Origin: Raillietiella orientalis
Lineage: Eukaryota
DNA length: 64,000 nucleotides
Direction of reading: 5' to 3'
Assembly: GCA_036172245.1 (NCBI GenBank)
Contig: JAYWIR010000039.1
Coordinates: forward strand, 1 to 64,000
Numbering within the stretch: the first letter of the stretch is position 1; the number at the start of each line of letters is the position of its first letter. The notes beneath the pieces are model-generated. The model saw only the letters and a program-made list of their open reading frames with translations, had not been told where the DNA came from and ran no database searches. This document shows positions 39,401 to 54,083 of this stretch, one piece after another. Position numbers and translations under genes: made by a program.

Positions 39401-42400
39401 CCTTTTGACCTCGAGGGGTTTCTGCAGCGCCGCGCCCTCATTCTGTCGAAGCGCGATGATGGTCTCTCTCTTTGGTCAAGGCAGGGATGTGCTTACCTCG
39501 ACCAAGGTGGGGAGGGAGAGGAGCAGGTCATTTTAACAAAAGGGAACAGAAAACGAAACCCATCCCACGTTCAGGAAAGGGTTACGTGATGGAATGAGTG
39601 CAAGGTGATGCCCTGCGCTCACGCTCGCGGCAGGCAAATGGAGGAGAAATTGCCGCGGTCCGCAACCAGCACGGATCCGGAAGCTGCCGTACACTTCCTC
39701 GTGCATCCCGAATCGAAACAGGCAACGGAGGCTGGAGCAATGATTTCCTGCTTTTCCCGGCCAGAAGAGAATCCTGAAGGAAGGGAGACCGATGGACAGC
39801 GAATCGGAGAGAGCGATAGGATGGACATGAACCCGCGAGGTGGTTGCAAATAGAGGGATAGAGGATAGAGCAGTGCTTCCCCAAATGGGCGATACCGTTC
39901 CCTAGTGGGCGCTGGAATGATTCAGGGGGGAGATAAGCCTCAACTGCAATTGGGGGGCATTAAATAAAAATATGAGGGGAAAAGTGAAAGAACAAAGAAA
40001 GAGAAGTGCGAGATTTGCTTTTGGCCATTTTAGTCGTCTTTTGCAAAAACTAGGTTGAAAGTGCATCACATTATATGCAATTCTTGCTTCTGATATGACG
40101 CTGCCGTCGTTCTACCCCTTAAGACACGGGTATCTTCGTATTTTTGGAATGTTCCAGCATAAAGAAAGCCGAATAAACGATCGCTTCTTTTTCCCGACAA
40201 TTTTTTGGGATCCAGTAGGCGAAATTTCTAGTGCTCAGTAGTCGTACTGCAGGTGCACCATCACCAAAGGCGAAACCATAAAGCCAATCTTCTAAGCCAA
40301 ACAAAATACTCGATTCGTCACCCTACTTAAGAGTGAGCTCTTTGTTTTCTTTTTACATTCATACAAAACGAGATGCTCCACAGAACTTTCAGAATTGATT
40401 TCTCTGTTTCCTCCGCATAGTAGCATTTAGCAGTGATACTTAACATTCGCTTCGATTTTTTTTTTTGTTTCTATTTTGTGGAGTCCGCTTTGGACGACGT
40501 TCTTTCATCAAGGAAAGCCAACACAAGCGTGTACTGTATTCCCAGCTTTATTTTGCGCCTATCATGGAGTCGAACTTTCTCGAAGACTTTCTCAAGACCG
40601 GTTTCAAACAGTAATTTTTTTAAGAAGCTAGTGACTTCTGATAGTAAATAACTGCCTGGTCTTCGTGTTTTCAAAAGGATCCCAGACTCTCGAAGATTTT
40701 TGATAATTCCCTTTCACTTAGGAAGAGCGGAAGGGCATCAGAAATAAGCGACTAGAGTGTCGCAGTCGGCCCGACAACAGTTAAGTTGCCGGACCTACTG
40801 TGTCATGGAAACGCACATATGATACATTCATGAATTGAACTTTATACGGATACAAGGCGGCGCTTGCAGAATGTCCAATTTTTGCCGGCTCCCACCGAAA
40901 GAGCAGGACCCGGTATATCCAGGAGCATTCCAGGAAAGTTTTCCAGCGTCATCTCACCTCTGAATGCTCAGGCTCGAGGTCAGCCGTTGTAACTTTCCAG
41001 TCGTAACGGTTCCGAAAGTTCTCTCCATTCTTTTGAAAGAGCGTACGTTCCCGACGCGCAGAGAAAGGAAAAAACTGCAAGCTATTACGTATGGAAAGAT
41101 GTGACACTCCTAGCGACAGGAAACTACGCAACATTACGCCACGTGATTCTCAAAGAAGGAAACCGTCAAACGTTTATGGCCGCTCCGTTATGTTGCTTTC
41201 GGACTCGCGTCAAAAGTGATTTTGGGGAAAACACGCCAAAGCGTAACCCCGAGGGAAATTCTTCGTGACCCTTAAATCAAAAAGAGGCAAGAGGGTCTTT
41301 TGGGGGGAAGAGTAAGGAGGTGGGGGTGGGGAAGGAAGATGAAAAACGAATCTAGGAATGGTTACCTCACTCAGATTACGAATGGTTTCTCTTCTGAAGG
41401 TGACTTGGCAGCATTCACAGAGAAGATTCAGAAATGTTAGCTGGAGGGTGTTGCCGTTGATTTTGGTTTCCAGCACGAAGTGATGACGATGTCTCTTTAG
41501 CTGGAAGGATCGGCGGATGGAGTAAGGAGAGGAGCGCCGAACAGTCCGAGAAGTGTTCTCGCTCACCTGGCTGTACAGGAAGTTGAGAAACTTGATGAAA
41601 GCCAGCCACGCCAGCGGCGTTCCACAACGGTCTTGGTTCCTGTTCTTCGAGAAAAGCAGTTTGTCTCTCTCGGCGAACCATTCCCTGCACGTGTTAAGGA
41701 GGGTCTCGAGAAAGGTCAGCTTGTGCTCTTTCTGGAAAGTTCATACAGTAAAGCTCATCCCCGTAAGTGATTCGACGGTGAGGGCGCCGGTCCCTGCCTA
41801 CCTCAATGACGAGCATGCAGAACTTGGCTATCGGCTCCGCGTACTGCACGTTCTCCGTCAGGTGCTCGAACAGATATCTGACGAGCTCCATCAGCTCCCT
41901 AGCTGCCAGGGTGTCCGGATCTGGAAACGCAACCCGATGATCCTTCTCTTGAGGGAGGCGAGGAAACTTTGAGGAAGTCAGGCAAAGAACCACCTGCCTC
42001 TCGCCCTGAGTGAAAAGGGGTGGAGCAGGGCAGAGGAGGGGAATACCTTGGATAGAGGACTGGACCAAAAAGTCGAGCTCCTTCGGCAGGGGACCCAGCT
42101 CTCTGAGGACGGAGGTCTCGTCAGCCAAGGGCGTTCCGTAACCTCCTTTGACTTCCACGCCCTGCACCGGATCCACCTTCTGCTCCAGGGTCTTCTCGGG
42201 CAGCTTCATCTCCCCGGATCCGAAGCTCTTCGACCGCTTCAGTATCCCGATAGGAGTGCTACTGTTCCCGTTGACCTTCGGGGCGCTCTTCGCCGAGTCA
42301 ACCTAGGGGCGCTCCTTGAGATGGACGTCGGGCGGGGTAGGACTCCGCGGGCTCACCTTGAAATGAACCTTGTGCATCGCGGTGGTGTTCTGGAACAGGA

Positions 42401-45292
42401 TGTTCCCGCTTGACCTGGAATGCTGGAGGCCGTAGTACCTCCCGTAGTAGTCCCTCTCGTGGTGCATCCTCGACGGCATGCACGAGCTTATCTTATAGTT
42501 CTCCTTGATCTCATGGTAGTTCATCAGGGTGGAGGAGAAGCGCCGATCTTAAAAGGAGGTAGACAGGAGAACGCGCGCGACTAGGAAACCCGACGAGGCC
42601 TTCCTCAGTCCGTGACCCCGGTCTCGAGCACGCGCTCCCCACTCGCGGAGGACGATCCTGAGGCCGGGCAGAGCCGAGCCCCTGGAGCAAGGGAGGAAGG
42701 GGAAGGGTGGAAGCTCGTCAGCCTTTTCGGGAGCACCGACGCCCGGGGACTATTTAGATCCGGGGAGGGGTGGCCACTGGAGAGGAATGGAAGAGGAGGA
42801 AGAGCCACTTAAGAAGCTCACTTCGGGGAGGGGTCCGCCTGCTACCCAGGTGCGGAGGCAGAGCCAGCGGAAGCGCCACCGAGGTACCCCGGAAAAGACT
42901 GGTACCATGGGCAGCCCCCCGCTCCGAAAACCAGGGGAAGTTGCCGAAGGTTACCGAGGATGGGGGGAAGAGAACGATGCTGCAGGCCGGGAGCTCCGAC
43001 CCCTACGTTGGGTCTCCGATGCCCTCCTGGCCGAAACGCTCCCGGGCGAGCTCCCTCTCCAGCGAAACTGGAAGACCCCCTCGTCTTCTTGAAGAGTTCA
43101 CTGGGAAGGACTTCCCGCGGCGCAATGAGAGCTGGCCCTCCGTCCTCGGTGCAATCTGGGACGGAGCTCAAGGAACGTCGCGCCCGAAGGCGTCGAGAGG
43201 CAGCCAGTCACCTTCCTCCCAGTCCGTCTTCCCTTCCCCCGGGGGATCCTGGGCGGGAGGGTATGAGAAAAGAAAGACGAGAGGAGTCGTCCGCGCTGTC
43301 GGTAGAGTTCGGACGGCTCCCTCGCATGCAGAGAATGGTGGCGGTGGACTGTCGCAGTGGACGCGTGGACGGTGGCAGAGGAGTGGACCTCTGTTAGAAG
43401 CTTTCCGAGATCAAGGACGGATTTCACCGGAGAGGTGATCGGCCACAGCCTCCGTACCCTCGGAGGTGCTCCCTTCAGCCTCCGGAGGGAAGTCGCGCGC
43501 GGGCAGTTTTCCTGCCCTTCGATCCTGCCGTGCCGGAAGGCCCCGTCCGTCTCAGCCTCCACCAGAATCTCGAGAGTCACAGGATCTCTTCCATCCGGAA
43601 GGGCGGACGGAAGACGCTCGGCGGGTCAGCCAAGATCATGAGGAACAGGAGCCCTCCGGGTTACGTCGCTCTCTATTCGGGGCGCCAGGGGCGTCTCGGC
43701 GGCGGATCCTCCACCTGCTAAGTGAGCAAGGAGGCAGGCGGAGGGGACGCTGGTGACGCCCTTCGAACCGCTCGCTGGAGGACGGACTGAGTGCCTGGCC
43801 ACGAGAAGCTCTCCACCCAGCGACGCTGATGGACGTTGGGGGGAGAAGAAGGACGGAGGCTGCACCCCGCCTTTCTTCTCCACAGGTTGCATGCAAGCAG
43901 CGCACATCCCTCGGGCGGGAGAGTGCGCTGCGACGTTTTCACTCCGCTTCCGGCCCACGTGTCAGTGGGCTGCGCCCTGCTCCAGAAACGCATCGCGACA
44001 CCTTGAAGAAAAGGAAGGGTGAGAAAAAAAAACGTTCTCCCGGCATGCGGAAGGGCGAAGCAAACGACAGAAGCGAGTTAATCCAGAAGCTCAAACGTGG
44101 GCCCGTTGCCAGGAAACCCACATTGGATGCAGAGACCCGGATAGCGCGCGAGACAAAGCGGCTTGGATGCTCCGCCGTCTGAGAACACCCGGGTTCCCGG
44201 TTGGGGTCGGCTGTTCCCTTCAGATCAGGCTTTAGCGGAGAGGGCAGACACGTTGCTGCTGGAAAGCAAGAGGGGTCCGCCCGTTTCCCCCGGCCTTGCT
44301 TTGCAGTTTCCCCTTTCTTCCTTTTCCCCCAGGCTCGCCCTCTTAGCCCTGTCTTCAGGCTTGGGAAACTCTGAGACGGCTCTCTTTTACAGGAAGGAAG
44401 ATGAAGGTTCTCTGTCCGTCTCACACCCCTTGTTGCCCGGCGGGGCGGCATCGAATCTTCGGAGAAGCTCCCAAAGGCTACTCGGAGACCCCGAACAGCT
44501 GCTTGTGACTTATGAGCTCCGGGGGACCGAGCTGACTCCATTTTCGCAAACGACAAGGCGGCTGAGATTCCAGAGAGATCCACCGAAAGAGACCGCATCA
44601 CCTTGGCTGCAGTGCTTGGCACCCTCACGCGACGACCCCGGGTAGTCTCGGGTGCTGTGTCCCATGATTGGTGAAGCTCAGTCCTGGCAGGACCGCCTAT
44701 GCGGGACGTTTTCAAACCCACTGTCACCAGACTGGCCCCATCCCACGTCCCACTGCCCGGCTCGTGACCTCGAAGAACCTCAAGCCGAGAAGACTGCAGG
44801 AAAATAGGGATGGGGGGAGGGAGCGTAGGGATGACAAGCAGTGGGTAGGACGCGTGCATGCTGGAAGCACAGAGCTTCGCAGCGAAACTTGGAACACAAA
44901 ATTGCGGCTGAGAACTGCCTCCAGACCACCAGACGGCTGAGACTCCGTGCAAAGGGCAATCATCAGTAACTGACAAGACATCAGGTGAGAGATCAGGGAA
45001 CAACGGAGACTGCGACCCTCAGTTCGTCACTTTGGCTCGTTCTCTCAAATTTATCTGGATTTCGGCGAAATATCTAGGGTGTGGGTTGTTGCTGCTGCCA
45101 CTGTTGTTGGTTGTTTCCAAAAGCAAGTGAGCAAACAGAAAGAGACTTGGCGCGTTATGCTGGGTTGTGCTTTGTCTTTCGGTTTCAGCACGGATGCGTT
45201 CAACGATCCCTCGATGAAGCCGTCTGGCATGCTTGGGCAGGATCCAGACGCTGTCGTCCCACTTCGCGCCGATTTGTACCTGGTTCCGCCAT
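36480..45292 (-). CDS. CTIF: CTIF-like MIF4G-domain translation factor, ~370 aa
   Basis: Phase-consistent GT-AG exons: 45292-45280 (ATG in good context, tentative), 42547-42357, 42302-42047, 41920-41802, 41731-41567, 41500-41366, 36713-36480. Motifs [58 protein letters not shown]...YYY are typical of the CTIF/MIF4GD family. The CTIF versus MIF4GD assignment is not certain. Confidence 0.8.
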
Positions 45293-48200
45293 CTCTGCAG
45301 CGTTCTTCGCGAGGCACGAGGCGATCCAGGGGATCCTTCGCCGACCTGAATTCCGATCCCTGAGTGGGAAGCGATCTCTTGGGCCCTTTGGAAGCGCTCG
45401 AAAGCGAGACACCATGCACAGACGAGGCAGGACCTACGCTGATCAGGTTGTGCGGGTCCATCCCGCAAGCGATTTGCGTTCAAGATGGCTTGGCGATCGG
45501 GAACCGTTCGCGGGCTCCTCCTGCAGAAAGCAACTCAGCTGGCAGACGCGGACGGGAATGCGTGGCGTTGCTTCCGGCTCCTCTTTCATGGCTTGGGAGA
45601 CGCATTTCTCTTTGTGAGAGATCACTCGTATTTTCCGCGGTTCATCTGCGTTCAGGGTCCAGCGCCGTGGAAAGTTTTCCAAAGATGCAGCTGCAAAACA
45701 CGGTAGGGACTTCTCGCGCTTGGTCAGAAACGCAGGTTTGTTAATGCAAGGATCTTCGTGTTGCATTTCGTACCGGTTTCCGGTACCCAAAGTAGCGCAC
45801 TACTTTCCCTTTGTTCCTCGAGGCCGCCCCATCCTCTCCGTGGTCATGTTGCCGGAGCGAAGTTCCGACCATTTCGTCTCGGTCTGGCTAACGTATGCCT
45901 CTTTACTGTGATATTTTGTTTTACACATGCATTAAATAAATGGTCCAGTGTGCCGGGCTGGGCAGCTTTCTGACGAGAGCAACAAAAGAAGCCGCTGTTT
46001 GCTGATGTGCAGAAGAGAAAGAAAATTACGCCTTCCAGATGAGTGAACTAGTAAATTATTACGAAACATTCAAGTTCATAATTCAATTCATGATTTTCCA
46101 CGGGGCAGCCAGGTGACAGCGAGAGTACACATGTGGTTTGTTGACCGACATCGATGAAAAAATTCCTTAAAAATCCGTGACGGTCAGCGCATTCTCACCG
46201 CTGCAAACCGCAGGCATTGACCAAAAACGGAAACTTCAAGCCGGAACTTCCTGAAAGCATCCCATGTTGATCTAGTTTGCAAGGAACATGTTCCAGATCT
46301 TGTCTTCACGACATGTTCCTCCTTCATTGATAATTACCATATAAGTATGGCATGGTACTAGTGGTTAAAAAAAATTCCCGAGGCTCTTTCGTGTGACAAT
46401 CGGTAAGCTGATATCCCGCAGTGAAGGAATCAGATACACGCATTCCTTAACCAAAACAAAATTAAACTCAGGGTTGCCAAACAATTTTTCGGAAGCACGT
46501 CAAGTTGTAGATTTTTTTTGAAGCTCTAACAGTCTTTTCGTTTAACCTTTAACTCTTTATATGTTAGGGAAGATAAAATGGAATACGTAATCAATCATAT
46601 TTAAAAAAACACACACTCGCGCACTTTGCAAACTGCACAACTATCTTGCTTCCTGAGTTCTGCTCAGTTTTATGCCTTCACGCATTACCGGCAGATTCCT
46701 TCCAACAAATCGCTGAAGATATTGCTTAAACGAAAAGAGGCAAAAGACAAAGTCAGCGGATGTAAGAACTGAGAGTATCATGAGTTTCTATAGTAATTAA
46801 TTGATTATGATTGATCAAGTGCTTATGATTACAATATCACAATTACCCTAAATAACGAATAGTTACCTAACCAACACTGACAATGGATTTCAAATTAAAC
46901 TAGAAAGGAATGTTCCAGAAGTTCTGGTATACATTTCATCTTTATTACTTTTCGAAAACAATGACTCCTTGTAATGAGGAAAAGCTTTTTGAAACCTTCC
47001 TATTGATTTCGGTGTAAACATTACATGCACAACTGCGTATTGGCAATCTAAAGAACAATTCTCATATTCTATCACTGTGGCTTCCCTATGGAGCCAAATA
47101 AATGCATCACTGCCGATAGGGACTCGGATAACTCTGAGCATCTCATTTGTTGCATGCTGCAATACATTATCGATTTCGCACTCCAATTCATAAAGACCTA
47201 CGTGGCAGTGAACCAAAATATCCACATTCTAGAAGTTCTGTGTGATGTTTTCGTTGCCACACTATGTGAACATATTCTTGAGCACCAAATTAAGGAGGAA
47301 AAAAAAAAAAGTAGCGCTCAGCAAACGCAGAGACGGAAAGCTTTCAAAATGAAAGGAATCGAGAGAGCATCGATGCTGACTCTGAGACACGTAAGAAATT
47401 CTATTTGATAATCCTGCTATCATCAATGAAAGTAGTATTCAAGTAAAAAGATCCAATGATTAAAAAAAAAAAAAACACTAAAAACTTGGCGAAAACAAAG
47501 GATATCTTACTTGGAGGCTGGTATAACTCAAGTGTAGGTTTCCCTCTGCCCTGTATGGTGTTCCGTTTCTCTTTATCTTGTACCTAGCAAAAATGGCATT
47601 TAATACTTTCTGCAGACAGTCAAGTGAGGGCTGACACAGCAAGCAGAACGAATAACTCGTGAAAGAACATTTGATTTTATTCAGGAAAATGACTCCATGT
47701 AAAAGTTCGCAGGAAGTTCTCATAACGAAACGGGCCGAGGTTGATCACAAAATCTTACTGTAACAACTTTTCGATCTCTCGGATGCAGGAGGATGTCCTA
47801 CAATGGTTTAGAGGACCAAAAAATAAAAAATAAAAAGGCGAAGAGCAAACGAGTATGCACGTGAACGAAATGCTGGTTTAACATCGTTATCAAATTGCAC
47901 ACGGTACTGGAAGATTTTCCATTGCTCTTGAAAATGGGAAAGCGTTCCAGATAATCTGGTAACTCTGCAAGTTTTTCTTAAAATGGTGAAAATCCCTTGG
48001 AATTGAGAGAACAGTAGAAACCTCTTGATAGCTAAGTCTCAATGCTCGCTCGTTAGGAAACAAAATGGCAGCACTGCAGTCAGTCTGTTTAGAAATAGAA
48101 TCCATTCCAACTTGGAAAGAATTCAATGCTAAAGACGGCAAGTTGAAATAGATTGGCTATTAAAACGAAAGGGAAATCAAATTTTTTTGTTTTTTCGAGT

Positions 48201-51200
48201 TTTGTAAACTTGAGAAAATGGAAGAAGGACATCATATTCAGAATGCAAATAGTCTACCCATAATGGAATGGAATCTCCTGTTCCATTGCACTGCTCCATG
48301 ATCCCAGCAAACACAAATACGAAGTACTTGGTCCATTACTTTTCTTGATTTTTGTACAGCATTGCAAAATGGGATTCCCCGCTTCCTGATGCAGAGACTT
48401 TCCGCCATAGCTCGACCAAAATGCAAAACGAATCCTTTACGAGACATCCAAATTTAGAAAATGCCCTCACAAAATGCATTTAAAATTATCTCGGCAAATG
48501 CGGGGATTGGATCCCTTCCTTGTTCGGAGCTTGTAAAAACCCTTCAGGTCCTATGAACCGGAAATGTACACTCAAGTTACTGAATCAGATAAGAGTGCTT
48601 TAACAGGGTGAAGCAGACGTAAGACTTCCTCTCCTAGAAGGAACGCGTATCATATTCGAATTCCTGTTGAAGCTTAAAGATCTGTCGGCACGGAAAGCAG
48701 TCACGCAGTGGACACAACAGGGTTCACGGAATAGCGTACACAGTTCCTGTATGAGAAAGAACCCCTTACACTGAATAACAAGGCAGGGCCATCGAGCGAA
48801 TATAAAAAATGGAAAAGATAATATGTACATTCGTCTTCACCTTGTTCACACTCGTCAAACCGAAGATCCAGGCTCTCCCACGGCCCTCATGGTAGCGGCA
48901 GACACGGATGTGATTTTCCGAAGAGCACACCTCGTTTGGTTCCGTCTTGTGCTCTCTCGAATACGAGCACGCAACTTGGCAAAGATGAGAAAGTCGAGGA
49001 TGCCGCATCAACGGATCTTCGATTTTAAAAAGGATTCCTCCCTGATTAGAAGCGGAGAACAGCAGAAACTCAACGAGAGTTCTGCTTAACTCTTCTAGCA
49101 TCCAACGATAGGAACTCAAAAGAGCCCAACGCTCAGGAATTGCAAAAAAAATTCTGCTTCGGGAAAATCGCTGCATTTTGGCGATTTGTTTGCTGCAATT
49201 TAGAGGCTACGATCAATAAGTAATGAGCTGGAGACTCGAAAAAAGAAAAAGGAAAGAACAAGAAACGCGTCTTCCATGCGACTGCGATTCGGGAGGAGTT
49301 AGCTTTCACCATCAGACTGCGTGTATTCTGTGATTCCCTACGCACATTAGTTGGATAAGAATGTCTTCACTATGAAAACCACATGTGCCGAAAAGAGTAC
49401 GTTCAAAATTTTCATCCACAGAGGCATAGTCCGTAGTTCTTCAAGCTGCTGCCAAACGGAGCAATCAACAAGTAGGGCTTGACTCTCGGTACGCAAACAT
49501 CTTCGTTGCTGAATCGGAATCTCATGATGAAATTTTCGCCAGAGGTGATGGATAATTGGCAGAGGTGCTTCTGCTTTGCTTTGCAGAGAAGAATACAGTT
49601 TGATGGCTATCTATTCATAATGCTGCAGCTTAGGAAAAGTCTAAGAATACAAGAATTCAGTATTTCAAGAGTCATCTGTGAAGGGATGCACCGTGACGGC
49701 GTTCAAATTCAAACTTAAACGTGACTGAACAGCGCCTGAACGTGATCCTGAACTTCAACTATGCTAATTTTCACACTTGAAATACAGTACACTCAACTGA
49801 AAAGAACCATTCAATTGTTCGCTTAAAAAGAAACTGGGACTTTATCTCTCACATCTGGCGAATGAGGATGAAGTCACGGAATATGCAAGGTCATCTTCGT
49901 TTGCCATGATAGTTTTCAATTCTTTACTGTCGCTATCAACATGGCACTTTGACTACTTGCATGCATGAATAGTTACTGTATGAATAGCTACAATGCAGCC
50001 ACAAAAAAAAAAAATCTATTATTTATTCGAGAATGAAGGTGTTGGAGCTTTTAAGACACAAATGCAGGGTTTGAGGAAAATCAGCATGATGCCCACCCCG
50101 GCTGAATGCTCCAGGTCCAGTGATCACAAACTGGGAGTCAAGTGCCTGGCACCGAGCAAACACCGGCAACAGGGGAAGGACAGACAGCATCGATCAGGAA
50201 GGCAGTCCGGATGAGAAAAGAAACTTTGTGCTCCATCCAATGCCTTCAGCTTTCGCCGATGTTGCGATGAACTGACCAGCGGGCGCTAAGCTCTTATCGT
50301 TTCTGCATGTCGCATGCTATGCATCTCTAGCTGCTCTTTTGATTGCTGTATCTCATCTTGAAGACAACTTCTGGGCTGCTCTGAAAGCAAGGTAGCTACG
50401 GATCCCAGTGGCCAACTGTAACTACAAAAGCGCATGAGAAAGAAGCTAGGAAGCGAGGTCCCTGGGCTGGATAATGATCCACGTGAGGCAAAACGGCAGG
50501 GAAAAAAAGACCCCTTAATCAATTGCCTGATGCAAAGCCAGCAACCATTTCTACAGCCTTCCCGCTCTCGACGTGCGCAGGAGTACACACGAGGAACCAT
50601 TTTCTTGAACGCTTAGTTATCAGGACCACGATGTAGCACTTTGAAATGGGCATATATTTTAAAAAGGGGCGTCAAAGTGCAACCTTGAATGCATCCGCAA
50701 ACAAGGCACTGCAAAGCTCCGCAAGCGCGTGATCAAAAATTAACGTGCCCTGGTGGAAAGTTCTAGATTTTGGAGGTGGCTAAGCAAATTGTGGAGAGCT
50801 GCTGGAAACCGCAAAGGGGCACAGTTCTTATCTGCCACGCCGAGATCACAGCCGATGGGTGATGGCTGAACCCCGCGATGTGTTCAGCACTCTGAGGTCG
50901 AGTGCTTTATCACAGGATCATTTTTAAAGTTCCGTTGATACAGAGTTAGGAAATTCCAGAAAACATAGGGTGTTGGAGGAGGGAAAGTATCCTTTGGTGA
51001 TGCTCGGGTTGTTTCAAATCAGAACCGAGTACAAGCATTCAGGGTTGCCAGTCAGTCTTGAGGATTTCATGTTGCTTGGAATTTATGAGGAGCCCCTGCT
51101 GTTGTCGTATAGCCACAGTGGGACTTTCTGGGTTGGGATTCTTTCGTTTAATCTGTATAACAGAGAGAGACTAGAGCGAAAACAAGAGCAAAATTCTCAT

Positions 51201-53944
51201 TCCGAGGGGATCCCAAGCCACCGATTAGAAACTATTGCTTTTAATATTTCAAAAGCAAGGATAGTCATTGATTGTGTGTATGCATTTTTTCATTAGTGTG
51301 AAATGTGAATGGGAGAACTATCTCTGTATAAAGGGAAGATACATATCTTCCTTCTAAACAGAACAATCCCGATCCTCTTTCCCTTATACAGATTCATATC
51401 TTCCCTTTGTATGGATTTGATCATTTATTTTTCGTTCATGTGGTATACAGCTTGGATGTGCTTTTATAAAATTCTAGATTAAGTAATCTGATATTGAGGT
51501 GCATTGTAAACACTTGCAATACTAGATATTTGTTTGTATTAATCCGAGCATTTCAACAGCGACCATTTTAAAATGAATTTCGTGAGCTCATATTCAATTG
51601 CAAATTACGAAATTTGAATTCATAATAGAGGAAGGAATGAAATTCGACAAAGTAGCTGGAAGCCAGGTAGTCTACCTAGCATTATGGAAAACTGTGGACA
51701 CTTGAAAACGAATGTATAGAACAAGCAAAAGCAAGAGAATTGAAGAGAACAGAACGGCTATTCCCGCATCAGAAATTCTGCTGACAGCTTAGAAAAAACG
51801 GTAAGAAGAGGGACCTAAAAGATCCTAAAGACCGAACTAAAGATCCAGCGACCCTGATTAAAGTTTGCCCATACACTGCCCCGAATCGGAGTGAATACAC
51901 ATTGAATTTAAAAAAGCATCATAACAGCTTTACAGCATATGCCTTTCGGTGCCACCCACTATGCAATTTTCGGAGCTCTTGATAGCATAAATTCAATGGT
52001 TTGTCGATTTGATTTCGCTATTAACGTAATCGGTTCTGTGATAAACGTTTAAACATTTCAAACTGTTTCCATTTGTTGCGCAACTGCAGCTCTGCATCTA
52101 AAATTCGGTGACAGTATCTTGAAAGAAGAAAAAAAAAAGGGTGGGGGGGGAGGAACTTTGGTTCTCAAAGCGCGTAAATGATTCCAGAAAAGGTGACGTC
52201 ATCTCTGACTGTCAGTACATAATCAGGGTTTAAAAAGCCAGAGCTTCAAGATTTACGGACCATCCCTAAGGCAACCTCATTGCGGATGCAAACTGGAGGT
52301 ACGATCTCTGATTGCAGAAATAATCCTGTCAGAGAAATGTCCCCGGTAGTAGTTCGTTCAGTACATGAATTTCGTGCTCGTGCTCGTACAAAATCGTTTC
52401 TTACACAAGGACTCCATCTCCTTCATCATTGGTTTGCTTGCTTCCTTTTTTCTTTCCTTTTCTTCGTTTTTTTCATTCCTTTTCTTTCTCTCTATCTTCC
52501 TTTCTTCTTTTCACGATAGTTAGATAGACAGAATACTTCGTTCACGGAAACGATTTTGCACGAAATGTCATGTCGAAACAGTGTTTGTATGTTCCTTGGT
52601 CAAACATTAGCCGACCTATCCAATGTTTCGTTCGTTCGTGGAATTCCCTGCACCGATGTCTTTTTGAGGTATGCCGTTGAACTTGGCAATACTTTAATGA
52701 TTCCACGTTTTATGTGATCCGCATGATAACTGTCTCGGTCTCGGGCGCCTGCCGGAAGCGGTTCAGATTGTGCACGGAGAGGTTCAAGCACGAACATCCG
52801 CTGGTGCGAGTAGGAGCGCCGCTGGCTGGCGCAGCAGCGCGCCATCGCAGCCGTCAGCCTCCGCAGGGGCGCCACCAGTCCTCCCACCCATACGTCCGTC
52901 GTCGTCGTCCGGCCCTCGCCGGGAGTCGCCGCCGCCGGCAGCAGAGGGGCTGCTGCAGCCGCATTGGTCGCAGGGTCCGGCTCGCGGCACTTGAGGGTGG
53001 GGACGTTGTGGTGGTGATGATGGTGGTGGTGGTTGTAGTGGCAGGTGCAGGGAGGTGGGGGGGGACCTTGGTGGAGTAGCAGCCTACAGCAGCGGGCTCT
53101 TCGCCGCCCACGGGATGGACCTTCGCGAACCAGTCGGGCGGCGGCGGCGCGTAGTCCAAGGCCGGGGGATCGAACGTGGCTTTCGAAACACAGCACCAGA
53201 CACTATTTGCTATTGTATTCGTGGAAATAAAATATCAGGGCTATTCACTTGAGTGATTCTAATGAACAGCTGGTGAAAACGCCAGATGATTTGATTCCTG
53301 CTTAACAAATGACGTGGGGTGCAGCCAATGGAAGGATAACTGGAGGGGACACGCAGGTAGTGAAGATCGTGGGGAATCGCTTGACCTCTCGCCGGAACAT
53401 CATTTGCAAGCATAGGCATGAACATTTTTTCCTGCTTGGAAACACAGCATCATGCAGTATTTACTATCGTCAAATCATTCGGCCTCCCAAAAACGCTCAG
53501 CCGGTGTTACATACTCCAGAGTGATTTCGATGAACGTGTACTACATACGATAGGAACCAAGGAAATCAATTCCTTCAATTTCGATGCCAGTATGTTCATA
53601 TCAGCTCTTGGTATGTAAAACAACATGGCATTTCTGCTCTCTTACTTCCAGACTGATTGGAGAGGAAATTTCGTGAATCAGTCTCTTCAGTTACTTTTGA
53701 TTCCAAGCAAGACGCCCACACAATAAATCCTTTTTGAGAAACGTTTCTCAGAAAGGTATTCAGATCGAGGCATAGCTCGATGCATGCATACGAATACGTC
53801 CATAGGCACGTATAGATATGCACATATGTGTTTGCAAGCTTCAAAGTGCACGTACATAGCAAGGCATGCATTCGTACAGATACGTAAGAATACGAGTGGG
53901 CGTACACTGGTATAACGGGAAGAAAACAGGATGGAAACAGGATG

Positions 53945-54083
53945 ACAACAGGTCCTTCATCTCACGGAAAATCAGTGTCTACACTGTGTAAGTGAGTGTG
54001 GACACTAGGCATAGCTTGAGACACTAGAATACAGTTACACTGAGTGTGGACACTAATTTTCCGTGAGATGAAGGACCTGTTGT
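53945..54083. mobile_element. Small foldback element/MITE with 41-bp terminal inverted repeats
   Basis: ACAACAGGTCCTTCATCTCACGGAAAAT (28 bp) is perfectly inverted at 54056-54083 and extends to 41 bp with 2 mismatches. Internal GAGTGTGGACACTA occurs twice. Confidence 0.85.

Noticed and set aside
39600..39900. Possible 3' end of an RTE-like LINE (KR..GRP)
   Set aside because: Motif too short and degenerate to support.
43939..45003. 354-aa minus-strand ORF
   Set aside because: No recognisable domain, Ser/Arg/Pro-rich composition, and it lies in a probable CTIF intron; likely spurious.
51320..51415. Short imperfect inverted and direct repeats
   Set aside because: Too short and degenerate to classify.
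52840..52900. Possible antizyme-type +1 frameshift site
   Set aside because: No UCC-UGA shift site and no antizyme domain downstream.
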